A stretch of 64,000 nt of DNA from Actinomycetota bacterium (lineage in GTDB: Bacteria; Actinomycetota; Acidimicrobiia; Acidimicrobiales; JACCXE01). Made by a program: the position numbers and the translations under genes. Shown here one piece after another: positions 17,508 through 26,500 of this stretch (positions within the stretch are counted from its first letter, which is position 1; each line of letters opens with the position of its first letter). The stretch spans positions 21,252 through 85,251 of the forward strand of contig JBEEFV010000093.1 in the NCBI GenBank assembly GCA_041166405.1. Reading direction: 5' to 3'. The notes under the pieces were generated by a model that was not told where the DNA came from, searched no databases, and saw only the letters and a list, made by a program, of their open reading frames with translations.

Positions 17508-17948
17508 GTGGCCGCGAGACTTCGCTGCATGAAGCCACTGCGCGCCCTGGTCCTGCCCGCCGCACTTCTCGCCGCCGCCCAGGTGTGGCACGCGGTGACG
17601 CCCGCCAACAACCTCGACCCGACTTCGCAGAAGCCGGTCGAAGGCGGCGTGATCGGGCTGCCCGTGGGACTGCTGCTCCTGCTTGGTTGCATCGTCGCTT
17701 CGATCGCTGCTCGCCAGGGCAAGGAGTGGGCGCGGCCGCTGTCGCTCGTGTGCGGCGTGGGCGTCGCCCTCGGCTTCGTGCTGTATCACGCCACCACGCT
17801 GCGCTCGCCGGTGACGAACCCGTACTTCGGCGTCGACGGCATCGGCATCGTGCAGTTGCTGCCCGTGTTCGCCTGCATCGTCCTCGGCGCCTGGCTCGCG
17901 TGGACGGCATGGCCTCTGCGCGAACGGTCAGCGACAGCGACAGTGTGA
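17508..17948 (+). CDS. Hypothetical integral membrane protein
   Basis: 146 aa with four hydrophobic segments. No motif recognised. Confidence 0.6.
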   Translation: MAARLRCMKPLRALVLPAALLAAAQVWHAVTPANNLDPTSQKPVEGGVIGLPVGLLLLLGCIVASIAARQGKEWARPLSLVCGVGVALGFVLYHATTLRSPVTNPYFGVDGIGIVQLLPVFACIVLGAWLAWTAWPLRERSATATV

Positions 17949-17950
17949 TC

Positions 17951-17997
17951 CGTCGGCGTAGTTGGGTGCGGAAAACGCGCACCCGACTACGCCGACG
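17951..17997. terminator. 20-bp stem-loop between the membrane-protein gene and tRNA-Gly
   Basis: cgtcggcgtagttgggtgcg / cgcacccgactacgccgacg (one G-U pair), 7-nt loop, followed by cttt. It starts 3 nt after the stop codon. Confidence 0.6.
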
Positions 17998-18002
17998 CTT
18001 TG

Positions 18003-18076
18003 AGCGGGTGACCGGGCTTGAACCGGCAACCTCAACCTTGGAAGGGTCGCGCTCTAGCCAATTGAGCTACACCCGC
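18003..18076 (-). tRNA. tRNA-Gly (anticodon TCC)
   Basis: GCGGGTG TA GCTCAATTGGCTAGAGC G CGACC-CTTCCAA-GGTTG, T-arm GCCGG-TTCAAGC-CCGGT, acceptor CACCCGC. Confidence 0.9.
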
Positions 18077-18083
18077 GTGTTGC

Positions 18084-18569
18084 TCAGGTTAGGTGATCAC
18101 CACGCCCAAGCTGCCACTGCGCATCCAGCTTCGTCCAGCCGACGAACGCCACGCGCGCGAATCCTCCGCGTCGAGCTGTTCGCCGGCGATGGCAGTTCGC
18201 GCACACGACATCGCATTTTGCGATCTCGGCCAGGACCAGCGCCCAGGGTTTGTTAGCGATCCCGTCGCTGATGTTGAAGCGCTTGTCGCGCAGGTGGTCG
18301 AACTCGAGAACGACGGGATCGGTTTCACCGCAGTCGACGCACGGGTGTGTCTCGAAGTAGTCGAGCAGCCAGTTACCCCGTTCGATCGCGAGCTTGTCGT
18401 TCCACACTCGCGCGTTCTCTATGTATCGCTGTTTGTTGGCGTTGTAGTGGGCCTTCTTGTACACGGCGCGACACGGTCGGCAATAGCAGTCGCGCTCGCC
18501 CTTCGCTTTATTGCTCCACATGAAGTCGTCGAGAGGCTTGCGTTCGCCGCACATCGAACACCGCTTCAC
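18084..18569 (-). CDS. HNH endonuclease with N-terminal zinc ribbon (paralogue 1)
   Basis: GTG at 18569 preceded by GGAGGAG. CSMCG...CRPC, HPCVDCGE, EFDH, CANCHRRRT. The stop lies 7 nt from the tRNA-Gly 5' end. Confidence 0.8.
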   Translation of the reverse strand: MKRCSMCGERKPLDDFMWSNKAKGERDCYCRPCRAVYKKAHYNANKQRYIENARVWNDKLAIERGNWLLDYFETHPCVDCGETDPVVLEFDHLRDKRFNISDGIANKPWALVLAEIAKCDVVCANCHRRRTARRGGFARVAFVGWTKLDAQWQLGRGDHLT

Positions 18570-19006
18570 CGCTCCTCCACCAAACGAAATCGCAGGTACC
18601 CGCCGGCTTGAGCGGTGCGGCGCCGGTGACAGTTCGCGCACCTCACTTCGCATTTCTCGATCTCGGCGAGCACGTCAGCCCAAGATCGGTTGATCCAGTC
18701 ACGGCCGATCGTGAACTCCTTGTCTCGGCGGTGGTCGAACTCGAGAACCAATGGGTCCGCTTCTCCGCAATCGACACAAGGATGGGTGCTGAGGTACTCG
18801 ACGATCGCGTAGGCCCGCGCCGAGCGCAGCAGTCGATTGCGGCGCATCGCCCTCGCGACATACTTCGCCTTGTTCGACGCGTAGTGCGCTCCGCTCTTCG
18901 CGCGTGCGCAGTACTTGCAAATGCTCGATAGACGGCCAGTCGCCTTGCTCTTCCAGCTGAACTCCGACAGGAGCTTTTCTTCGCCACATCGCGCGCAGCG
19001 TTTCAT
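18566..19006 (-). CDS. HNH endonuclease with N-terminal zinc ribbon (paralogue 2)
   Basis: ATG at 19006 preceded by AAGGGAGGA. CARCG...CKYC, HPCVDCGE, EFDH, CANCHRRRT. The stop overlaps the paralogue 1 start (GTGA). Confidence 0.8.
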   Translation of the reverse strand: MKRCARCGEEKLLSEFSWKSKATGRLSSICKYCARAKSGAHYASNKAKYVARAMRRNRLLRSARAYAIVEYLSTHPCVDCGEADPLVLEFDHRRDKEFTIGRDWINRSWADVLAEIEKCEVRCANCHRRRTAQAGGYLRFRLVEER

Positions 19007-19075
19007 TCCTCCCTTATACAGATGAGGTGTAACGATGCGGAGCGGTCCACGCACCAACACAGGTACCTTCGGTCC

Positions 19076-19465
19076 ATGAGTTCCTTCTCCGAGTGGGACG
19101 CGCTCGCCGCCTACATGGAGCCGCGCCGCTTCAGTCCGGGCGAGACCGTTCTCGTTCCTGGTGAGCCCGACCGGTCGCTCTATTTGTTGGCGGAAGGAAC
19201 CGTCGAAGCCATTGTGACGAGCAAGAGCGGATCCAAGCGGACGACGGTGATGGAGGCGGGCGCGCTGTTCGGCGAGGTCGCGTTTTTCGACGGCGGCGCG
19301 CGGTCGGCAACGGTGCGCGGCGTCACGCACGGCGAGTTGTTGCGGCTCGGCTTCCCGCAGTTCGAGGCGATGGCAGCCGATCGCCCCGAACTCGCCCGCG
19401 CGCTCCTGCTCGACCTTGGCGTTCGCGTAGCGGGACGGTTGCGGGCCGCTGAACGCGGCCAGTAA
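19076..19465 (+). CDS. Stand-alone cyclic-nucleotide-binding domain protein
   Basis: 129 aa from ATG 19076. cNMP signature FGEVAFFDGGARSATV. No recognisable output domain. Confidence 0.85.
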   Translation: MSSFSEWDALAAYMEPRRFSPGETVLVPGEPDRSLYLLAEGTVEAIVTSKSGSKRTTVMEAGALFGEVAFFDGGARSATVRGVTHGELLRLGFPQFEAMAADRPELARALLLDLGVRVAGRLRAAERGQ

Positions 19466-19503
19466 CTGTCGGGACCGCGCCGCAAGCGCGGGGTGGACGC
19501 GGA

Positions 19504-19529
19504 AAGGCCCCGGCCGCAGCCGGGGCCTT
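19504..19529. terminator. GC-rich hairpin between convergent genes
   Basis: aaggccccggc-cgca-gccggggcctt, an 11-bp perfect stem. A second 6-bp hairpin, ccgcgc-cgcaa-gcgcgg, lies just upstream. Confidence 0.6.
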
Positions 19530-19550
19530 CCACATCGTGTCGTTCAGTCG

Positions 19551-20867
19551 CTATGGGCAGATCGCCGGAGGGCTGGACGGACCGACTCCGTTGTTGCCGG
19601 TCCACGTGTTCGCCGTTCCCGCGGTGCCGGCACCCGTCGACTGATCCTCGCATTCGAAGCGACCGCTGCCGCTCACGTTGTTGCCAGAGATCGTGTTGCC
19701 GTTGGTCGCGGCGCCGAAGAAGATGCCGTCCCCACCAGCGAAGCCGAGATCGTTGCGCACAACGCCGTTGCGGTTCAACGTGTTGTTGGACACGGCCACT
19801 CGGGACGGGTCGGCGGTGGTGACGTCGATGCCGTTGTTGCCGCTGTCGTTCACAATGTTGTTTGCGATGGTGACGCCGCCCGCAGGCAGCAACCCCGAGA
19901 CTGCGCATTGCGGATCGTCGCGAACGGCAATTCCGCTGTAGGGCGCCTTGTTGAGCGTGTTGCCCGCGCCCGCGCCGCCGATGAGCACGTTCGTCGCGCC
20001 CGCACCGATGTAGAACGCCGAGCCCCACTGCAGGTCATTGTCGGGGCGGCTGTCGAACGTCTTGTTGCTTTGGATCGTCACGTTCGTGTTGTTCTGGTAG
20101 ATGGTGATGTCGCTGTAGTTGTCGGTGAACCGGTTCGACTTGAACGTGATGCCGTTGTTGATGCCACCGGTGCAGTTCTGGATGAGCGCGCCGCCCAAGA
20201 AGTTCGTGCTGAACGTGTTCGCGCTGATAAGCACGTTGTTGAGGCCGGCGTCGCTGTAGATGCCGTATCCCGGTGACGACGCGGGATTCGGATCATTGAT
20301 CCCGTTGTTGTTGGCGACGATCTTGTTGCGAGTGACGGTCGTCGGGTTGGTGCCGCTCGAGTTCAGGAAGAGACCCTCGACGTTCGTGCGAATGATGTTG
20401 TTGCGCACGACATAGCCGCTGTTTCCACTGTTCGTCCACACGCCGACACGCGAGTTCTGAATCGTGAATCCGTCGAGCTTGATGTTGTCGGCCAGCAGGA
20501 TGAACGCGTCCTCCGCCGTGCCGACACTCGACACGACGGCTTCGCTCGCACCGCCGAATGTGCGCGTGGCGCCATTCACGCCGACCTTCGGGCCGTTGAT
20601 CGTGAGCGTCTTGTTGACACTGACTGGACCGAAATAGTGGCCAGGGCACACCTTGACGGTGTCGCCGGGATCCGCCGCGGCGACGGCGTCCTGAATCGTC
20701 GAGTAAGCGCTGCCCGCGGCGCCGCCGTCACACGAGCCCGCGCCGTGGCGACTGTCGTCGTCGACCCACCTCACGGTCGCAGCGCGCGCTGGCGTGGCGA
20801 AAGCGAGCCCAGCGCAAAGAAGAACGCCGGCCGCGACAGCGACCGATCTCCGGGATAACAGGTTCAT
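19551..20867 (-). CDS. Secreted right-handed parallel beta-helix repeat protein
   Basis: ATG at 20867 (MNLLSRRSVAVAAGVLLCAGLAFATPARA) with AAGGGGGG upstream. Many N-x-I/V-x-x-N coils (VRNNIIRTN, VTRNKIVANNNGI, ISANTFSTN). The ORF-track extension to 21101 runs through tRNA-Pro. Confidence 0.8.
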   Translation of the reverse strand: MNLLSRRSVAVAAGVLLCAGLAFATPARAATVRWVDDDSRHGAGSCDGGAAGSAYSTIQDAVAAADPGDTVKVCPGHYFGPVSVNKTLTINGPKVGVNGATRTFGGASEAVVSSVGTAEDAFILLADNIKLDGFTIQNSRVGVWTNSGNSGYVVRNNIIRTNVEGLFLNSSGTNPTTVTRNKIVANNNGINDPNPASSPGYGIYSDAGLNNVLISANTFSTNFLGGALIQNCTGGINNGITFKSNRFTDNYSDITIYQNNTNVTIQSNKTFDSRPDNDLQWGSAFYIGAGATNVLIGGAGAGNTLNKAPYSGIAVRDDPQCAVSGLLPAGGVTIANNIVNDSGNNGIDVTTADPSRVAVSNNTLNRNGVVRNDLGFAGGDGIFFGAATNGNTISGNNVSGSGRFECEDQSTGAGTAGTANTWTGNNGVGPSSPPAICP

Positions 20868-20986
20868 TCGGGTCGTACCCCCCTTGAAGCCGCCCAGCCC
20901 TGGTGCACTATGCCCAACTCGGACGAATCGCATACCCTTCGCGGCGAATTCCCGCAAATAACGGCCATACGTGGGCAGCGCACACG

Positions 20987-21063
20987 TGGTCGGGACGGCG
21001 AGATTTGAACTCGCGACCCCCTGCTCCCAAAGCAGGTGCGCTACCGAGCTGCGCCACGTCCCG
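20987..21063 (-). tRNA. tRNA-Pro (anticodon TGG) with encoded CCA
   Basis: CGGGACG TG GCGCAGCTCGGTAGCGC A CCTGC-TTTGGGA-GCAGG, T-arm GCGAG-TTCAAAT-CTCGC, CGTCCCG-A-CCA. Confidence 0.9.
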
Positions 21064-21112
21064 TCGGTGACCAAAGCGTAGCGGCGTGACGGTGCGATCA
21101 AATGGTGGTTCC

Positions 21113-21766
21113 ATGACTGAACTCGTCGACGAGGTCGTTGCCATCGTGCGCGAGCGCGACGCGCACGTGGTCGGTATCACCGGCGGCATCGCCGCGGGCA
21201 AGTCGACGGTTGCGGCCGCGGTCGCCGCGACCCTTGGTTGGCCCACGGTGTCGACGGATGGGTTCATCGTCGCCGACGCCGGTGATCGCAAGGGCTACGC
21301 GGAGTCCTACGACGCCGCGGCGCTGGCGGCGTTCATCGACGCGATCCGGACCGAAGGCAAAGCGATCGCGCCGCGCTACTCACACCTGCACTACGACGTC
21401 GTCGGTCACGACGAGATCGAGTCGTCGTCGATCGTGATCGACGGCCTGCATCTCGGTCACGGCGCCATCGGGCTGCGCGACCGCATCGACGTGCTCGTCC
21501 ATCTCGATGCCCCGACGGACGCGCTCAGCGCGTGGTACCTCGGGCGCTTCCAGGAGCTGCGGACGCTCGCCAAGAGCGACCCGACCGCGTTCTTGCATCC
21601 CTACAAGGACTTGGATCCGGAGGTCCTCGACGGTATGGCGATGCAGGTGTGGCGCGACCTCAACGCGGTCGTGATCGAGACCGAGGTGCGCCCCGCAGAG
21701 TCGGCGGCCGACGTGATCGTGCGCCTCGACGCCGACCACAACGTCGTCGAGATCATCCGCCGCTGA
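21113..21766 (+). CDS. coaA: Type I pantothenate kinase (short form)
   Basis: GITGGIAAGKST, TDGF, KGYAESYD, YSHLHYDVV and DAPTDALSAWYLGRFQELR are colinear with E. coli CoaA as I recall it. The N terminus is shorter. Confidence 0.8.
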   Translation: MTELVDEVVAIVRERDAHVVGITGGIAAGKSTVAAAVAATLGWPTVSTDGFIVADAGDRKGYAESYDAAALAAFIDAIRTEGKAIAPRYSHLHYDVVGHDEIESSSIVIDGLHLGHGAIGLRDRIDVLVHLDAPTDALSAWYLGRFQELRTLAKSDPTAFLHPYKDLDPEVLDGMAMQVWRDLNAVVIETEVRPAESAADVIVRLDADHNVVEIIRR

Positions 21767-22877
21767 CGAGGAGCTCCGCCCCCGCGGGCACGTCGGTTGA
21801 CTCGGCGGTCTCCAGCCACCCATAGGGCAGCGAGACCGGACGCGGTCCTTGCGTGTGACCGCGCTTGGCGCGCGCCGCGTCGGGATGCGGCAACACGTCG
21901 CGCTCGAGCGCGTCGAGCATGTCGGCGAGTTCGGCGAGCGAAGAGCACAGCGCCATCGACCGCCGCACCTCGCCGCCGACGGGGTAGCCCGTGAGGTACC
22001 AGGCGACGTGCTTGCGGAAGTCGCGCACCGCCATCGCCTCGTCGCCGATGTCGTCGACCAGCAAACGCACGTGGGTGCGCATCGAGTCGGCGACGACGCC
22101 CAGAGCGGGTGCCGGCTCGACGTCGAGGCCGCGCAACGCGCGGTCGAGGTCGCGGAACAACCACGGGCGCCCGAGGCACCCGCGGCCGACCACGACGCCC
22201 GCGCATCCCGTCTCGTCGATCATGCGCAGAGCGTCGTGCGCCTCCCAGATGTCGCCGTTGCCGAGCACGGGAACGCCGGAGCCGTCGAGCAGCGCCACGA
22301 GTTGTGCGATACGCGTCCAATCCGCGACGCCGCTGTAAAGCTGCTCCGCGGTGCGCGCGTGCAGCGACACCGCGGCGACGCCGATGTCGGCCGCGGCGCG
22401 CGCCGCGCGCAGATACGTCACGTGTTCGTCGCTCACGCCCACGCGCATCTTCACCGTCACCGGCACCTCGCCTGCGGCGCGCACGGCGTGCGTCACGATC
22501 GACGAGAACAAGTTGTGATGCAACGGCAGCGCCGCGCCGCCGCCGAGGCGCGTCACTTTGGGAACGGGGCAACCGAAGTTGAGGTCGACGTGGTCGACGC
22601 CGATGTCGTCGACCAGCATCGCGACGGCACGTCCCATGACGACCGGATCGACTCCGTACAGCTGCACGGAGTGCACCGGTTCGCCTTCGGCGCGCGCCAC
22701 CATGCGCATCGTCTTGCGATTGCGTTCGACCAACGCCCGCGCCGTGACCATCTCGCTGACGTAGAGACCTCCGCCGTACGAGCGACACAGGCGACGGAAC
22801 GCCGCGTTGGTCACACCGGCCATCGGCGCGAGGACGACCGGTGGGTCGACGGTGATATTTCCGATCGTCAGGCCCAC
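21753..22877 (-). CDS. dus: tRNA-dihydrouridine synthase
   Basis: [28 protein letters not shown] motifs. 374 aa. Confidence 0.9.
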   Translation of the reverse strand: MGLTIGNITVDPPVVLAPMAGVTNAAFRRLCRSYGGGLYVSEMVTARALVERNRKTMRMVARAEGEPVHSVQLYGVDPVVMGRAVAMLVDDIGVDHVDLNFGCPVPKVTRLGGGAALPLHHNLFSSIVTHAVRAAGEVPVTVKMRVGVSDEHVTYLRAARAAADIGVAAVSLHARTAEQLYSGVADWTRIAQLVALLDGSGVPVLGNGDIWEAHDALRMIDETGCAGVVVGRGCLGRPWLFRDLDRALRGLDVEPAPALGVVADSMRTHVRLLVDDIGDEAMAVRDFRKHVAWYLTGYPVGGEVRRSMALCSSLAELADMLDALERDVLPHPDAARAKRGHTQGPRPVSLPYGWLETAESTDVPAGAELLVSGG

Positions 22878-23468
22878 AGGTCCATCACCGTCAGCCCAAG
22901 TTCTCCCAACAGTTGGCGGAACAGCGGCAACGAGATTCCCGTCACGTTGCCCGAGTCACCGTCCAATCCGTCGATGAAGGGTCCCGACAGGCCGCGCTGG
23001 GTGAACGCGCCGGCGACGCGCAACGGTTCCCCGCTCGCGACGTAGGCCGCGATCTCGTCGTCGGACGGATCGCCGAAGCGCACGGTCGTGCGTCCGACGC
23101 CCTCGACGGGCCGTCCCCGAGCGCGTGTCGATCACGCAATGACCTGTCAGCAGCAGCCCGGATCGGCCGCGCATCGTCTTCCACCACAGCATCGCCTGGT
23201 CGGGCGACGACGGCTTGCCACGGGACTCGCCGTCGAAGTCGAGTAGCGAGTCGCAGCCGACGACCACCGCGTCGGCGGCCGCGGGCCGAGCCGCGACCGC
23301 CTCGGCTTTGCGCCTCGCCAGGGTCTGCACCGCCTCGGAGGTCGGCAAATCGTCGAATCCGTCCTCATCTACCCCGCTGACGATCACGTCGGGCGAAAAC
23401 CCCGCCGATTGCAGCAACTGCAGGCGCGCCGGCGACGCGGACGCCAGCACCAATCGACGGCGAGTCAT
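22868..23468 (-). pseudogene. maf: Maf-like nucleotide pyrophosphatase split by a single-base frameshift
   Basis: The N-terminal part (LVLASASPAR...[13 protein letters not shown]) and the C-terminal part ([30 protein letters not shown]...) lie in frames offset by one. The junction is at a C4 run at 23115-23118. Confidence 0.75.
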
Positions 23469-23551
23469 CCCAAATGCTCGCACAAGGGTGTTGGTCCGAA
23501 GTTGAGCGGCCGTTGATCAACTCTGTGGCTCGGCAGCCGAAAGGTTTAGAT

Positions 23552-26500
23552 ATGGCCGAAGACGCGTTCGCGCGACCGCTTCTCGGCGGGCGATATCGCT
23601 GCGACCGTTTGATCAAGTCGGGCAGCGGCGTCGAAACGTTCGCGGGCGTCGACATCGAGTCGCGCTCGCCGATCATCGTCAAGCGCGTCGCCGCTGCCAG
23701 CCGGATGGATCCCGCCTGGGTGCGCCTCGCGCACGAAGCGGAAGTGCTGCGCCGCCTCGAGTCGCGGTCGTTCCGCGCGCCCGTCACGACCGGGCGGGAG
23801 GACGGCTTCTTCTACCTCGTGCGCCCCTCGGTCGACGGGATCAGTCTCGCCGAGCGACTCAACCGTGGCCCGTTGAGCATCGCGTCCGCTCTCCGCGTCG
23901 GAACGAACCTGCTCGACGCGTTGCAGCAGGCGCACGACAACCACGTGCTGCACCGCGACGTGAAGCCGGCGAACGTGATCGTCGACGAGTCCGAGTCCGT
24001 GGAGCGCGTGGTGCTGATCGACTTCGGGTTCGCGCGCAGTCCGACGCTCGACAGCGACGTGCGCGATCAGCGCGTCGGCACCGCGCGCTACCTCGCGCCG
24101 GAAGCCGCGGGCTTACTAGAACGCGAAGTCGACGAGCGATCCGACTTGTACGCGTTCGGCGTCGTGCTGTTCGAATGCATCGCCGGCCGCGCTCCCTTCG
24201 AGGCGAGCGACGTCGGACAACTTCTCCGCATGCACCTCAACGCGCCGCCGCCGGCGCTGCGAGAGCTTCGTCCCGACGTGCCGCGCGCCCTCGACGCCGT
24301 GGTGCAACGCCTGCTGCGCAAGGACCCTGCCGAGCGCTACCAGTCCGCCAGTGCGGCGCTCGCCGACCTGCGCGCCATCGAGGAAGCCATCGCGCGCGGC
24401 AACGCCGACCCGGCGATCGTCGTCGGTGCGCACGACAACCGTCCGGTGCTGACCGAGCCGGCCTTCGTGGGGCGCAGTGCCGAACTCGCGGTGCTGGCGC
24501 ACAGCGTGGACGTCGCCGCGGACGGTGAGGGTGGTCTCGTCCTCCTCGAAGCCGAGTCGGGCGGTGGCAAGTCGCGCCTGCTCGACGAGCTCGCGCTGCG
24601 GATCGGCGCCGACGCGTGGGTGTTGCGCGGCCAGGGCGTCGACCAGGGCGCGCAGCGTCCCTTCCAAGTACTCGAAGGTCTCGTCCAGGCGATCAACAAG
24701 GCCGCAGCCGACGATGCGAACGTTCTGGAGGTGCTGCGCGCCGGCGTCGGCGACCGTGCCGAAGCGGTCGTGGCCGCGCTGCCCGATCTCGCCGAGACGT
24801 TCAACATCGACGCCCACGTCAACCTCGGTCCGGAGGCGTACGGCGAGACGCGCAGCATCGCGGCGATCAACGTCCTGTTGCACTCGCTCGGCGAAACCGG
24901 CCGGCCGGCGATTGTCTTGCTCGACGACTGCCAGTGGGCCGACGCGTCCACGTTGAAGTTGTTGGCCGAGTGGCCGACCGAGTCTCGGTGCCGCACGGTC
25001 GTGATCGCGGCGTTTCGCACAGAGGAAGTGCCGGCCTCTCACGCGTTGCGCAAGGGTCGGCCGATCGCCCACGTCTCGTTGACGGCGTTCGGTACCGCCG
25101 ACGTCGAGAGCCTGGCGGAGTCGATGGCGGGCACGCTGCCCGCCGCGGCTATCGAGACGGTTGCCGCGCTGTCCGAAGGCAGTCCGTTCATGGCGGCGGC
25201 GGTGTTGCGCGGTCTCGTCGAAACGGGCGCGCTGGTGCACGAGGCGCGCGGCTGGCGCGTCGACGCCGCGCGATTGGCCGACGTGCAGACGTCGCGCCGC
25301 GCCGCGCTGTTCCTCGTACGCCGCCTCGAACTGTTGGGCCCGACGACGCTCGAGCTGTTGACGGTCGGCGCGATCCTCGGCAAGGAATTCGACGCCGATC
25401 TCGCCGCGGAGTTGTGTGGCCAGGACGCGGACACGGTCGCCGTCGGCCTGAGCGAAGCGGCGCGGCGCCGCATCGTGTGGCCGGAGGAGGCAACCGGACG
25501 CGTCCGGTTCCTGCACGACAAGTTGCGCGAGGCATTGCTCAGCCGCCTCAGCGCCGACGAGCGCGCCACGCTGCACCTCCGCGCCGCGACGCGCATCGAA
25601 GCGCTCGACGCCGGTCGCACGTTCGAGCTGGCGTACCACTTCGACGCGGCGCGTCGCGACGACTTGGCGCTGCCGTACGCGCTGCGAGCCGCCGAGTCCG
25701 CGCGCGCCCAGCACTCGCTCGACGTCGCGCTGCGCAATTACCGCATCGCCGAAGCGGCGCTGCGCGCCAACGGTTCTGACGCCGATCGCGCCGCCGTCGC
25801 CGAAGCCCTCGGCGACGTGCTGATGTTGCAGGGCACGTACGACGAGGCGGCGGCACAGCTGACCTCCGCGCTCGACCACGCGTCCACGGTCGATCGTCGT
25901 GCCGCCCTCATGGGCAAGCTCGGTGAGGTCGCCTTCAAGAAGGGCGATCAACGACTGGCGCGCACCCACCTCGAGTCTGCCGTGCACGAACTGCGTGGTC
26001 GCCTCCCGCGCAATTCGGTGACGCTGCTGTGCGCACTCGTGTTCGAAGTGGTGGTGCAGGCGGCGCATTCGATCGCCCCGCGCCTTTTCGTCGGTCGCCG
26101 CAAGCTCGAGGGCGCCGAGCGCGAGTTCCTCGTCCTGCGTCTCTACAGCCGCTTGGCGTACGTGTACTGGTTCAGCGCGGGGAAAGTCGCCTGCGCGTGG
26201 GCGCACCTCCGCGAGATGAACATGGCCGAGCGCTATCCGCCGACCGCCGAGCTCGCGCAGGCGTACTCCGAGCACGCGCCCGTCATGACGATGGCGCCGT
26301 GGTTCAAGCGCGGCCTGGACTACGTCGAGCGATCGCTTCGTATCCGCACCGACCTCGGCGACCTGTGGGGCCAGGGCCAATCGTTGAACTTCTACGGCGT
26401 CACGCTTTACGCCGCGTCACGCCATCGTGAAGCGATCGAGAAGCTCGACGAGGCGTACCGACTGCTCGACCAGACCGGCGATCGATGGGAGGCGAACGTC

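Noticed and set aside
19551-21101. N-terminal over-extensions of ORF-track entries: 19551..21101, 23474.., 28750..30702, 13784.., 40080.., 44085.., 46730.., 46962.., 56686..57726, 62679..63521, 50510..51349, 6035..
   Set aside because: The extensions overlap upstream genes or, in the case of tRNA-Pro, a tRNA gene, and consist of Arg-rich filler. Internal starts with a Shine-Dalgarno sequence, a signal peptide or a 4-nt stop/start overlap fit better.
22868-23083. The 71-aa ORF 22868..23083 treated as an independent small gene
   Set aside because: It is the C-terminal part of Maf ([12 protein letters not shown]...NVTGISLP) and continues upstream in the same frame without a plausible start context. 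It is better explained as one half of a frameshifted maf.
24116-26380. Very long antisense or off-frame ORFs in the six-frame track, including 6005..7300(-), 16584..17789(-), 24116..26380(-), 35953..37776(-), 42226..44223(-), 53427..55133(-) and 60660..62645(+)
   Set aside because: Their translations are Arg/Ala/Gly/Pro-rich low complexity, typical of wrong-frame reading in high-GC DNA. Each lies opposite or out of frame to a gene with clear family motifs. Stop codons are rare in such DNA, so length alone is not evidence of coding.
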